From Azolla caroliniana (taxonomy: Eukaryota; Plantae; Polypodiophyta), in the NCBI GenBank assembly GCA_043228905.1, contig JBHGNT010000010.1:496001-560000 (forward strand): a stretch of 64,000 bases of DNA. Reading direction: 5' to 3'. A model generated the notes under the pieces. It ran no database searches. It was not told the origin of the DNA and saw only the letters and a list, made by a program, of their open reading frames with translations. Positions 12,250-25,780 of this stretch are shown piece by piece. Each line of letters begins with the position of its first letter. Positions within the stretch are counted from its first letter, which is position 1. The position numbers and the translations under genes are program-made.

Positions 12250-15200
12250 AAAATTTTAAATTAGTCACGGGCTCTTCTCAACTCCCTCTTCTAACTTGGT
12301 AATTTCTTCATGTCTCTCGACCTGAGTTTCGAAATCTTGATTTTTTAATTCCATATCATAGCTAGTGTTGTTAGCTTCGATTCACATGTTTAAACACTAA
12401 AATCTGGGATCACACGAGCCAGCTATGAACATTTTAATTTAGTCACGCGCTCTTCTCAACTCCCTCCTCGAATTTGGTAATTTCTTCATGTCTCTCGACT
12501 TGAGTTTCAAAATCTTGATTTTTTAATTCCATATCATAGGTAGCGTAGCTAGTTTCGATTCCCATTTTTGAACACAAAAATCCGATATTACACGAGCCAG
12601 GTATGAAAATTTTAAATTAGTCACGCGCTCTTCTCAACTCCCTCTTCTAACTTGGTAATTTCTTCATGTCTCTCGACCTGAGTTTCGAAATCTTGATTTT
12701 TTAATTGCATATCATAGCTAGTGTTGTTAGCTTCGATTCACATGTTTAAACACTAAAATCCGGGATCACACGAGCCAGGTATGAACATTTTAATTTACTC
12801 ACGCGCTCTTCTCAACTCCCTCGTCAAATTTGGTAATTTCTTCATGTCTCTCGACCTGAGATTCAAAATCTTGATTTTTTAATTCTATATCATAGGTAGC
12901 GTTGTTAGCTTCGATTCGCATGTTTGAACACTAAAATCCGGGATCACACGAGCCAGGTATGAACATTTTAATTTAGTCACGCGCTCTTCTCAACTCCCTC
13001 TTCTAACTTGGTAATTTCTTCATGTCTCGAGACCTGAGTTTCAAAATCATGATTTTTTAATTCTATATCATAGCTAGTGTTGTTAGCTTCAATTCGCATG
13101 TTTGAACACAGAAATCCGGGGTCACACGAGCCAAGTATGAACATTTTAATTTACTCACGCGCTCTTCTCAACTCCCTCGCCAAATTTGGTAATTTCTTCA
13201 TGTCTCTCGACCTGAGTTTCAAAATCTTGATTTTTTAATTCTATATCATAGCTAGTGTTGTTAGCTTCGATTCGCATCTTTGAACACAAAAATCTGGTAT
13301 CACACGAGCCAGGTATGAAAATTTTAAATTAGTCACGGGCTCTTCTCAACTCCCTCTTCTAACTTGGTAATTTCTTCATGTCTCTCGACCTGAGTTTCGA
13401 AATCTTGATTTTTTAATTCCATATCATAGCTAGTGTTGTTAGCTTCGATTCACATGTTTAAACACTAAAATCTGGGATCACACGAGCCAGGTATGAACAT
13501 TTTAAATTAGTCACGCGCTCTTCTCAACTCCCTCCTCGAATTTGGTAATTTCTTCATGTCTCGTGACCTGAGTTTCAAAATCATGATTTTGTAATTCTAT
13601 ATCATAGCTAGTGTTGTTAGCTTCAATTCGCATGTTTTAACACAAAAATCAGGGATCACACGAGCCAGGTATGAACATTTGAATTTAGTCACGCGCTCTT
13701 CTAAACTCCCTCCTCAAATTTGGTAATTTCTTCATGTCTCTCGACCTGAGTTTTAAAATCTTGATTTTTTAATTCCATATCATAGGTAGCGTTGTTAGCT
13801 TCGATTCGCATGTTTGAACACAGAAATCCGGGATCACACGAGCCATGTATGAACATTTTAATTTACTCACGCGCTCTTCTCAACTCCCTCTTCTAACTTG
13901 GTAATTTCTTCATTTCTCTCGACCTGAGTTTCGAAATCTTGATTTTTTAATTCCATATCATAGCTAGTGTTGTTAGCTTCGATTCACATATTTAAACACT
14001 AAAATCTGGGATCACACGAGCCAGGTATGAACATTTTAATTTAGTCACGCGCTCTTCTCAACTCCCTCCTCGAATTTGGTAATTTCTTCATGTCTCTCGA
14101 CTTGAGTTTCAAAATCTTGATTTTTTAATTCCATATCATAGGTAGCGTTGCTAGTTTCGATTCCCATGTTTGAACACAAAACTCCGATATTACACGAGCC
14201 AGGTATGAAAATTTTAAATTAGTCACGCGCTCTTCTCAACTCCCTCCTCGAATTTGGTAATTTCTTCATGTCTCGTGACCTGAGTTTCAAAATCATGATT
14301 TTGTAATTCTATATCATAGCTAGTGTTGTTAGCTTCAATTCGCATGTTTTAACACAAAAATCAGGGATCACACGAGCCAGGTATGAACATTTGAATTTAG
14401 TCACGCGCTCTTCTAAACTCCCTCCTCAAATTTGGTAATTTCTTCATGTCTCTCGACTTGAGTTTCAAAATCTTGATTTTTTAATTCCATATCATAGGTA
14501 GCGTTGCTAGTTTCGATTCCCATGTTTGAACACAAAACTCCGATATTACACGAGCCAGGTATGAAAATTTTAAATTAGTCACGCGCTCTTCTCAACTCCC
14601 TCCTCGAATTTGGTAATTTCTTCATGTCTCGTGACCTGAGTTTCAAAATCATGATTTTGTAATTCTATATCATAGCTAGTGTTGTTAGCTTCAATTCGCA
14701 TGTTTTAACACAAAAATCAGGGATCACACGAGCCAGGTATGAACATTTGAATTTAGTCACGCGCTCTTCTAAACTCCCTCCTCAAATTTGGTAATTTCTT
14801 CATGTCTCTCGACCTGAGTTTTAAAATCTTGATTTTTTAATTCCATATCATAGGTAGCGTTGTTAGCTTCGATTCGCATGTTTGAACACAGAAATCCGGG
14901 ATCACACGAGCCATGTATGAACAATTTAATTTACTCACGCGCTCTTCTCAACTCCCTCTTCTAACTTGGTAATTTCTTCATGTCTCTCGACCTGAGTTTC
15001 GAAATCTTGATTTTTTAATTCCATATCATAGCTAGTGTTGTTAGCTTCGATTCACATGTTTAAACACTAAAATCCGGGATCACACGAGCCAGGTATGAAC
15101 ATTTTAATTTACTCACGCGCTCTTCTCAACTCCCTCGTCAAATTTGGTAATTTCTTCATGTCTCTCGACCTGAGTTTCAAAATCTTGATTTTCTAATTCT

Positions 15201-16576
15201 ATATCATAGCTAGTGTTGTTAGCTTCGATTCGCATCTTTGAACACAAAAATCTGGTATCACACGAGCCAGGTATGAAAATTTTAAATTAGTCACGGGCTC
15301 TTCTCAACTCCCTCTTCTAACTTGGTAATTTCTTCATGTCTCTCGACCTGAGTTTCGAAATCTTGATTTTTTAATTCCATATCATAGCTAGTGTTGTTAG
15401 CTTCGATTCACATGTTTAAACACTAAAATCTGGGATCACACGAGCCAGCTATGAACATTTTAATTTAGTCACGCGCTCTTCTCAACTCCCTCCTCGAATT
15501 TGGTAATTTCTTCATGTCTCTCGACTTGAGTTTCAAAATCTTGATTTTTTAATTCCATATCATAGGTAGCGTAGCTAGTTTCGATTCCCATTTTTGAACA
15601 CAAAAATCCGATATTACACGAGCCAGGTATGAAAATTTTAAATTAGTCACGCGCTCTTCTCAACTCCCTCTTCTAACTTGGTAATTTCTTCATGTCTCTC
15701 GACCTGAGTTTCGAAATCTTGATTTTTTAATTCCATATCATAGCTAGTGTTGTTAGCTTCGATTCACATGTTTAAACACTAAAATCCGGGATCACACGAG
15801 CCAGGTATGAACATTTTAATTTACTCACGCGCTCTTCTCAACTCCCTCGTCAAATTTGGTAATTTCTTCATGTCTCTCGACCTGAGATTCAAAATCTTGA
15901 TTTTTTAATTCTATATCATAGGTAGCGTTGTTAGCTTCGATTCGCATGTTTGAACACTAAAATCCGGGATCACACGAGCCAGGTATGAACATTTTAATTT
16001 AGTCACGCGCTCTTCTCAACTCCCTCTTCTAACTTGGTAATTTCTTCATGTCTCGAGACCTGAGTTTCAAAATCATGATTTTTTAATTCTATATCATAGC
16101 TAGTGTTGTTAGCTTCAATTCGCATGTTTGAACACAGAAATCCGGGGTCACACGAGCCAAGTATGAACATTTTAATTTACTCACGCGCTCTTCTCAACTC
16201 CCTCGTCAAATTTGGTAATTTCTTCATGTCTCTCGACCTGAGTTTCAAAATCTTGATTTTTTAATTCTATATCATAGCTAGTGTTGTTAGCTTCGATTCG
16301 CATCTTTGAACACAAAAATCTGGTATCACACGAGCCAGGTATGAAAATTTTAAATTAGTCACGGGCTCTTCTCAACTCCCTCTTCTAACTTGGTAATTTC
16401 TTCATGTCTCTCGACCTGAGTTTCGAAATCTTGATTTTTTAATTCCATATCATAGCTAGTGTTGTTAGCTTCGATTCACATGTTTAAACACTAAAATCTG
16501 GGATCACACGAGCCAGGTATGAACATTTTAATTTAGTCACGCGCTCTTCTCAACTCCCTCCTCGAATTTGGTAATT
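12250..16576. repeat. Block of about 7 monomers duplicated at a 17-monomer offset (3,026 bp): about 12250-13550 and 15276-16576
   Basis: TAGCGTAGCTAGTTTCGATTCCCATTTTTG at 12541/15567; TCCGGGGTCACACGAGCCAAGT at 13115/16141; both offsets are 3026 = 17x178. Confidence 0.88.
14100..14810. repeat. Local two-monomer (356-bp) tandem duplication
   Basis: ACTCCGATAT at 14181 and 14537, each followed by the CTCGTGACC...ATCATGATTTTGTAATT monomer. Confidence 0.85.
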
Positions 16577-19500
16577 TCGTCATGTCTGTCGACCTGAGTT
16601 TCAAAATCTTGCTTTTTTTATTGTATATCATAGCTAGTGTTGTTAGCTTCGATTCACATGTTTAAACACTAAAATCTGGGATCACACGAGCCAGGTATGA
16701 ACATTTTAATTTAGTCACGCGCTCTTCTCAACTCCCTCCTCAAATTTGGTAATTTCTTCATGTCTTGTGACTTGAGTTTCAAAATCTTGATTTTTTAATT
16801 CCATATCATAGCTAGTGTTGTTAGCTTCGATTCACATGTTTAAACACTAAAATCCGGGATCACACGAGCCAGGTATGAACATTTTAATTTACTCACGCGC
16901 TCTTCTCAACTCCCTCGTCAAATTTGGTAATTTCTTCATGTCTCTCGACCTGAGTTTCAAAATCTTGATTTTTTAATTCTATATCATAGCTAGTGTTGTT
17001 AGCTTCGATTCGCATCTTTGAACACAAAAATCTGGTATCACACGAGCCAGGTATGAAAATTTTAAATTAGTCACGGGCTCTTCTCAACTCCCTCTTCTAA
17101 CTTGGTAATTTCTTCATGTCTCTCGACCTGAGTTTCGAAATCTTGATTTTTTAATTCCATATCATAGCTAGTGTTGTTAGCTTCGATTCACATGTTTAAA
17201 CACTAAAATCCGGGATCACACGAGCCAGGTATGAACATTTTAATTTACTCACGCGCTCTTCTCAACTCCCTCGTCAAATTTGGTAATTTCTTCATGTCTC
17301 TCGACCTGAGTTTCAAAATCTTGATTTTCTAATTCTATATCATAGCTAGTGTTGTTAGCTTCGATTCGCATCTTTGAACACAAAAATCTGGTATCACACG
17401 AGCCAGGTATGAAAATTTTAAATTAGTCACGGGCTCTTCTCAACTCCCTCTTCTAACTTGGTAATTTCTTCATGTCTCTCGACCTGAGTTTCGAAATCTT
17501 GATTTTTTAATTCCATATCATAGCTAGTGTTGTTAGCTTCGATTCACATGTTTAAACACTAAAATCTGGGATCACACGAGCCAGGTATGAACATTTTAAT
17601 TTAGTCACGCGCTCTTCTCAACTCCCTCCTCGAATTTGGTAATTTCTTCATGTCTCTCGACTTGAGTTTCAAAATCTTGATTTTTTAATTCCATATCATA
17701 GGTAGCGTTGCTAGTTTCGATTCCCATGTTTGAACATAAAACTCCGATATTACACGAGCCAGGTATGAAAATTTTAAATTAGTCACGCGCTCTTCTCAAC
17801 TCCCTCCTCGAATTTGGTAATTTCTTCATGTCTCGTGACCTGAGATTCAAAATCATGATTTTGTAATTCTATATCATAGCTAGTGTTGTTAGCTTCAATT
17901 CGCATGTTTTAACACAAAAATCAGGGATCACGCGAGCCAGGTATGAACATTTGAATTTAGTCACGCGCTCTTCTAAACTCCCTCCTGAAATTTGGTAATT
18001 TCTTCATGTCTCTCGACCTGAGTTTTAAAATCTTGATTTTTTAATTCCATATCATAGGTAGCGTTGTTAGCTTCGAATCGCATGTTTGAACACAGAAATC
18101 CGGGATCACACGAGCCATGTATGAACATTTTAATTTACTCACGCGCTCTTCTCAACTCCCTCTTCTAACTTGGTAATTTCTTCATGTCTCTCGACCTGAG
18201 TTTCGAAATCTTGATTTTTTAATTCCATATCATAGCTAGTGTTGTTAGCTTCGATTCACATGTTTAAACACTAAAATCCGGGATCACACGAGCCAGGTAT
18301 GAACATTTTAATTTAGTCACGCAGCTCTTCTCAACTCCCTCGTCAAATTTGGTTATTTCTTCATGTCTCTCGACCTGAGTTTCAAAATATTGATTTTTTA
18401 ATTCTATATCATAGCTAGTGTTGTTAGCTTCGATTCGCATCTTTGAACACAAAAATCTGGTATCACACGAGCCAGGTATGAAAATTTTAAATTAGTCACG
18501 GGCTCTTCTCAACTCCCTCTTCTAACTTGGTAATTTCTTCATGTCTCTCGACCTGAGTTTCGAAATCTTGATTTTTTAATTCCATATCATAGCTAGTGTT
18601 GTTAGCTTCGATTCACATGTTTAAACACTAAAATCCGGGATCACACGAGCCAGGTATGAACATTTTAATTTACTCACGCGCTCTTCTCAACTCCCTCCTC
18701 GAATTTGGTAATTTCTTCATGTCTCGTGACCTGAGTTTCAAAATCATGATTTTTTAATTCTATATCATAGCTAGTGTTGTTAGCGTCAATTCGCATGTTT
18801 TAATACAAAAATCAGGGATCACACGAGCCAGGTATGAACATTTGAATTTAGTCACACGCTCTTCTAAACTCCTTCCTCAAATTTGGTAATTTCTTCATGT
18901 CTCTCGACCTGAGTTTTAAAATCTTGATTTTTTAATTCCATATTATAGGTAGCTTTGTTACCTTCGATTCGCATCTTTGAACACTAAAATCCGATATCAC
19001 ACGAGCCAGGTATGAACATTGTAATTTAGTCACGCGCTCTTCTCAACTCCCTCCTCAAATTTGGTAATTTCTGCATGTTTCTCGACCTGAGTTTCAAAAT
19101 CTCAATTTTTTAAGTCGAGATTATAGGTAGCCTTGTTACCTTCAATTCGCATCTTTGAACACTAAAATCCGATATGACACGGGCCAGGTATGAACATTTT
19201 AATTTACTCACGGGCTCTTCTTCATGTCTGTCGACCTGAGTTTAAAAATCTTGATTTTTTTATTCTATATCATAGCTAGTGTTGTTAGCTTCGATTCGCA
19301 TCTTTGAACACAAAAATCCGGGATCACACGAGCCAGGTATCAACATTTTAATTTACTCACGGGCTCTTCTCAACTCCCTCTTCTAACTTGCCAATTTCTT
19401 CATGTCTCTCGACCTGAGTTTCAAAATCTCGATTTTTTTATTCTATATCATATCTAGTGTTGTTAGCTTCGATTCGCATCTTTGAACACTAAAATCCGAT

Positions 19501-22500
19501 ATCACACGGGCCAGGTATGAACATTTTAATTTACTCACGGGCTCTTCTCAACTCCCTCTTCTAACTTGCCAATTTCTTCATGTCTCTCGACCTGAGTTTC
19601 AAAATCTCGATTTGTTAATTCCATATCATAGGTAGCATTGTTAGCTCCGAATCGCATGTTTGAACAGAAAAATCCGATATCACATTTTAATTTACTCACG
19701 CGCTCTTCTCAACTCCCTCTTCAAATTTGGTAATTTCTTCAAGTCTCTTGACCTGAATTTCAAAATTTCTATTTCTTAACTCCACATTATAGGTAGCGTT
19801 GTTAGCTTCGAATCGCATGTTTGAACACAAAAATCCGATATCACAAGAGCCAGGTATGACCATTTTAATTTACTCACGCGCTCTTCTCAACTCCCTCCTC
19901 AAATTTGATAATTTCTTCATGTCTCTCGACCTGAGTTTCAAAATCTTGATTTTTTCATTCCATATCTTAGGTAGCGTTGTTAGCTTCGATTCGCATGTTT
20001 GAACACAGAAATCCGGGATCACACGAGCTAGGTATGAACATTTTAATTTACTCACGCGCTCTTCTCAACTCCCTCCTCAATTTTGGTAATTTCTTCATGT
20101 CTCTCGACCTGAGTTTCAAAATCTTGATTTTTTAATTCTATATCATAGCTAGCATTGTTAACTTCGATTCGCAGCTTTGAACACAAAAATCCGGGATCAC
20201 ACGAGCCAGGTATGAACATTTTAATTTACTCACGCGCTCTTCTCAACTCCCTCTTCTAACTTGCCAATTTCTTCATGTCTCTTGACCTGAGTTTCAAAAT
20301 CTCGATTTTTTAATTCCATATTATATGTAGCGTTGTTAGCTTCGATTCGCATCTTTGAACACTAAAATCCGAGATCACATGGGCCAGGTATGAACATTTT
20401 AATATACTCACGGGCTCTTCTCAACTCCCTGCTCAAATTTGGTAATTTCTTCATGTCTCTTGACGTGAGTTTCAAAATCTAGATTTTTTAATTCCATATC
20501 ATAGGTAGCGTTGTTAGTTTCGATTCCCATGTTTGAACACAAAAATCCGATATTACACGAGCCAGGTATGAACATTTTAATTTACTCACGCGCTCTTCTC
20601 AACTCCCTCCTCAAATTTGATAATTTCTTCATGTCTCTCGACCTGAGTAGCAAAACCTAGATTTTTTAATTCTATATCTTAGGTAGCGTTGTTAGCTTCG
20701 AATCGCATGTTTGAACACAAAAATCCGGGATCACACGAGCCAGGTATGAACATTTTAATTTACTCACGCGCTCTTCTCAACTCCCTCTTCAAATTTGGTA
20801 ATTTCTTTATGTCTCTCGACCTGAGTTTCAAAATCTCGATTTTTTAATTCCATATTATAGGTAGCGTTGTTAGCTTCGATTCGCATCTTTGAACACAAAA
20901 ATCCGATATCACACGAGCCAGGTATGAACATTTTAATTTAGTCACGCGCTCTTCTCAACTCCCTCCTCGAATTTGGTAATTTCTTCATGTCTCTCGACCT
21001 GAGTTTCAAAATCTTCAATTTTTATTCCATATCATAGGTAGTGTTGTTAGCTTTGAATCACATGTTTGAACACAAAAATTCGATATCACACGAGCCAGGT
21101 ATGAACATTTTAATTGACTCACGCACTCTTCTCAACTCCCTCTTCTAACTTGCCAATTTCTTCATGTCTCTCGACCTGAGTTTCAAAATCTCGATTTTTT
21201 AATTCCATATTATATGTAGAGTTTTTAGCTTCGATTCGCATCTTTGAACACTAAAATCCGATATCACATGGGCCAGGTATGAAAATTTTAATTTACTCAC
21301 CGGCTCTTCTCAAGTCCCTCCTCAAATTTGGTAATTTCATGTCTCTAGACATGAGTTTCAAAATCTGGATTTTTTGATTCTATATCATAGCTAGTGTTGT
21401 TAGCTTCGATTTGCATGTTTTAACACAAAAATCCGGGATCACACGAGCCAGGTATGAACATTTTAATTTACTCACGAGCTCTTCTCAACTCCCTCTTCAA
21501 ATTTGGTAATTTCTTCATATCTCTCGACCTGAGTTTCAAAATTTCGGTTTTTTAATTCCATATCATAGGTAGCGTTGTTATCTTCGAATGACATGTGTGA
21601 ACACAAAAATCCGGGATCACACGAAGCATGTATGAACATTTTAATTTACTCACGCGCTCTTCTCAACTCCCTCCTCAAATTTGGTAATTTCTGCAGGTCT
21701 CTCGACCTGAGTTTCAAAATCTTGATTTTTTAATTCCATATCATAGGCAGCTTTGTTAGCTTCGATTCGCATGTTTGAACACAGAAATCCGGGATCACAC
21801 GAGCCAGGTATGAACATTTTAATTTAGTCACGCGCTCTTCTCAACTCCCTCCTCGAATTTGGTAATTTCTTCATGTCTCGAGACCTGAGTTTCAAAATCA
21901 TGACCTTTTAATTCCATATCATAGCTAGTGTTGTTAGCTTCGATTCGCATCTTTGAACACTAAAATCCGAGATCACATGGGCCAGGAATGAAAATTTTAA
22001 TGTACTCACGGGCTCTTCTCAACTCCCTCTTCAAATTTGGTAATTTCTTCATGTCTCTTGACGTGAGTTTCAAAATCTCGATTTTTTAATTCCAAATCAT
22101 AGGTAGCATTTTTAGTTTCGATTCCCATGTTTGAACACAAAAATCCGATATTACACGAGACAGGTATGAACATTTTAATTTACTCACGCGCTCTTCTCAA
22201 CTCCCTCCTCAAATTTGATAATTTCTTCATGTCTCTCGACCTGAGTTTCAAAATCTGGATTTTTTAATTCTATATCTTAGGTAGTGTTGTTAGCTTCGAA
22301 TCGCATGTTTGAACACAAAAATCCGAGATCACACGAGCCAGGTATGAACATTTTAATTTACTCTCGCGCTCTTCTCAACTCCCTCCTCAATTTTGGTAAT
22401 TTCTTCATGTCTCTCGACCTGAGTTTCAAAATCTTGATTTTTTAATTCTATATCATAGCTAGCATTGTTAACTTCGATTCGCAGCTTTGAACACAAAAAT

Positions 22501-25500
22501 CCGGGATCACACGAGCCAGGTATGAACATTTTAATTTACTCACGCGCTCTTCTCAACTCCCTCTTCTAACTTGCCAATTTCTTCATGTGTCTTGACCTGA
22601 GTTTCAAAATTTCTATTTCTTAACTCCACATTATAGGTAGCGTTGTTAGCTTCGAATCGCATGTTTGAACACAAAAATCCGATATCACACGAGCCAGGTA
22701 TGAACATTTTAATTTACTCACGCGCTCTTCTCAACTCCCTCCTCAAATTTGATAATTTCTTCATGTCTCTCGACCTGAGTTGCAAAACCTGGATTTTTTA
22801 ATTCTATATCTTAGGTAGCATTGTTAGCTTCGAATCGCATGTTTGAACACAAAAATCCGATATTACACGAGCCAGGTATGAAAATTTTAAATTAGTCACG
22901 CGCTCTTCTCAACTCCCTCCTCGAATATGGTAATTTCTTCATGTCTCGTGACCTGAGTTTCAAAATCATGATTTTTTAATTCTATATCATAGCTAGTGTT
23001 GTTAGCTTCAATTCGCATGTTTTAACACAAAAATCAGGGATCACACGAGCCAGGTATGAACATTTGAATTTAGTCACGCGCTCTTCTAAACTCCCTCCTC
23101 AAATTTGGTAATTTCTTCATGTCTCTCGACCTGAGTTTTAAAATCTTGATTTTTTAATTCCATATCATAGGTAGCGTTGTTAACTTCGATTCGCATCTTT
23201 GAACACAAAAATCTGGTATCACACGAGCCAGGTATGAATATTTTAAATTAGTCACGCGCTCTTCTCAACTCCCTCCTCGAATTTGGTAATTTCTTCATGT
23301 CTCGTGACCTGAGTTTCAAAATCATGATTTTTTAATTCTATATCATAGCTAGTGTTGTTAATGTCAATTCGCATGTTTTAATACAAAAATCAGGGATCAC
23401 ACGAGCCAGGTATGAACATTTGAATTTAGTCACACGCTCTTCTAAACTCCTTCCTCAAATTTGGTAATTTCTTCATGTCTCTCGACCTGAGTTTTAAAAT
23501 CTTGATTTTTTAATTCCATATTATAGGTAGCTTTGTTACCTTCGATTCGCATCTTTGAACACTAAAATCCGATATCACACGAGCCAGGTATGAACATTGT
23601 AATTTAGTCACGCGCTCTTCTCAACTCCCTCCTCAAATTTGGTAATTTCTGCATGTTTCTCGACCTGAGTTTCAAAATCTCAATTTTTTAAGTCGAGATT
23701 ATAGGTAGCCTTGTTACCTTCAATTCGCATCTTTGAACACTAAAATCCGACATGACACGGGCCAGGTATGAACATTTTAATTTACTCACGGGCTCTTCTT
23801 CATGTCTGTCGACCTGAGTTTAAAAATCTTGATTTTTTTATTCTATATCATAGCTAGTGTTGTTAGCTTCGATTCGCATCTTTGAACACAAAAATCCGGG
23901 ATCACACGAGCCAGGTATGAACATTTTAATTTACTCACGGGCTCTTCTCAACTCCCTCTTCTAACTTGCCAATTTCTTCATGTCTCTCGACCTGAGTTTC
24001 AAAATCTCGATTTTTTTATTCTATATCATATCTAGTGTTGTTAGCTTCGATTCGCATCTTTGAACACTAAAATCCGATATCACACGGGCCAGGTATGAAC
24101 ATTTTAATTTACTCACGGGCTCTTCTCAACTCCCTCTTCTAACTTGCCAATTTCTTCATGTCTCTCGACCTGAGTTTAAAAATCTCGATTTGTTAATTCC
24201 ATATCATAGGTAGCATTGTTAGCTTCGAATCGCATGTTTGAACAGAAAAATCCGATATCACATGGGCCAGGAATGAACATTTTAATTTACTCATGGGCTC
24301 TTCTAAAATCCCTGTTCTAACTTGCCAATTTCTTCATGTCTGTCGACCTGAGTTTCAAAATCTTGATTTTTTTATTCTATATCATAGCTAGTGTTTTTAG
24401 CTTCGATTCGCATCTTTGAACACAAAAATCCGATATCACACGAGCAAGGCATGAACATTTTAATTTACTCACGGGCTCTTCTCAACTCCCTCTTCTAACT
24501 TACCAATTTCTTCACGTGTCTCGACCTGAGTTTCAAAATCTCGATTTTTTAATTCTATATCATAGCTAGTGTTTTTAGCTTCGATTCGCATCTTTGAACA
24601 CAAAAATCTGGGATCACACGAGCCAGGTATGAACATTTTAATTTACTCACGGGATCTTCTCAACTCCCTCTTCTAACTTGCCAATTTCTTCATGTCTCTC
24701 GAACTGAGTTTCAAAATCTCGATTTTTTTATTCTATATCATAGCTAATGTTGTTAGCATCGAATCGCATCTTTGAACACAAAAATCCAATATCACACGAG
24801 CCAGGTTTGAACATTTTAATTTACTCACGCGCTCTTCTCAACTCCCTCTTCAAATTTGGTAATTTCTTCAAGTCTCTTGACCTGAATTTCAAAATTTCTA
24901 TTTCTTAACTCCACATTATAGGTAGCGTTGTTAGCTTCGAATCGCATGTTTGAACAGAAAAATCCGATATTACATGGGCCAGGAATGAACATTTTAATTT
25001 ACTCACGGGCTCTTCTCAACTCCCTGTTCTAACTTGCCAATTTCTTCATGTCTCTCGAATTGAGTTTCAAAATCTTGATGTTTTTATTCTATATCTTAGG
25101 TAGCGTTGTTAGCTTCGAATCGCATGTTTGAACACAAAAATCTGATATTACACGAGCCAGGTATGAAAATTTTAAATTAGTCACGCGCTCTTCTCAACTC
25201 CCTCCTCGAATTTGGTAATTTCTTCATGTCTCGTGACCTGAGTTTCAAAATCATGATTTTTTAATTCTATATCATAGCTAGTGTTTTTAGCTTCGATTCG
25301 CATCTTTGAACACAAAAATCTGGGATCACACGAGCCAGGTATGAACATTTTAATTTACTCACGGGATCTTCTCAACTCCCTCTTCTAACTTGCCAATTTC
25401 TTCATGTCTCTCGAACTGAGTTTCAAAATCTCGATTTTTTTATTCTATATCATAGCTAATGTTGTTAGCATCGAATCGCATCTTTGAACACAAAAATCCA

Positions 25501-25780
25501 ATATCACACGAGCCAGGTTTGAACATTTTAATTTACTCACGCGCTCTTCTCAACTCCCTCTTCAAATTTGGTAATTTCTTCAAGTCTCTTGACCTGAATT
25601 TCAAAATTTCTATTTCTTAACTCCACATTATAGGTAGCGTTGTTAGCTTCGAATCGCATGTTTGAACACTAAAATCCGAGATCACATGGGCCAGGAATGA
25701 AAATTTTAATGTACTCACGGGCTCTTCTCAACTCCCTCCTCAAATTTGATAATTTCTTCATGTCTCTCGACCTGAGTTTC

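Noticed and set aside
18321-18326. Single-base insertion (GCAGCT); also the 1-bp deletion near 1330
   Set aside because: Isolated singletons that cannot be told apart from sequencing or consensus error.
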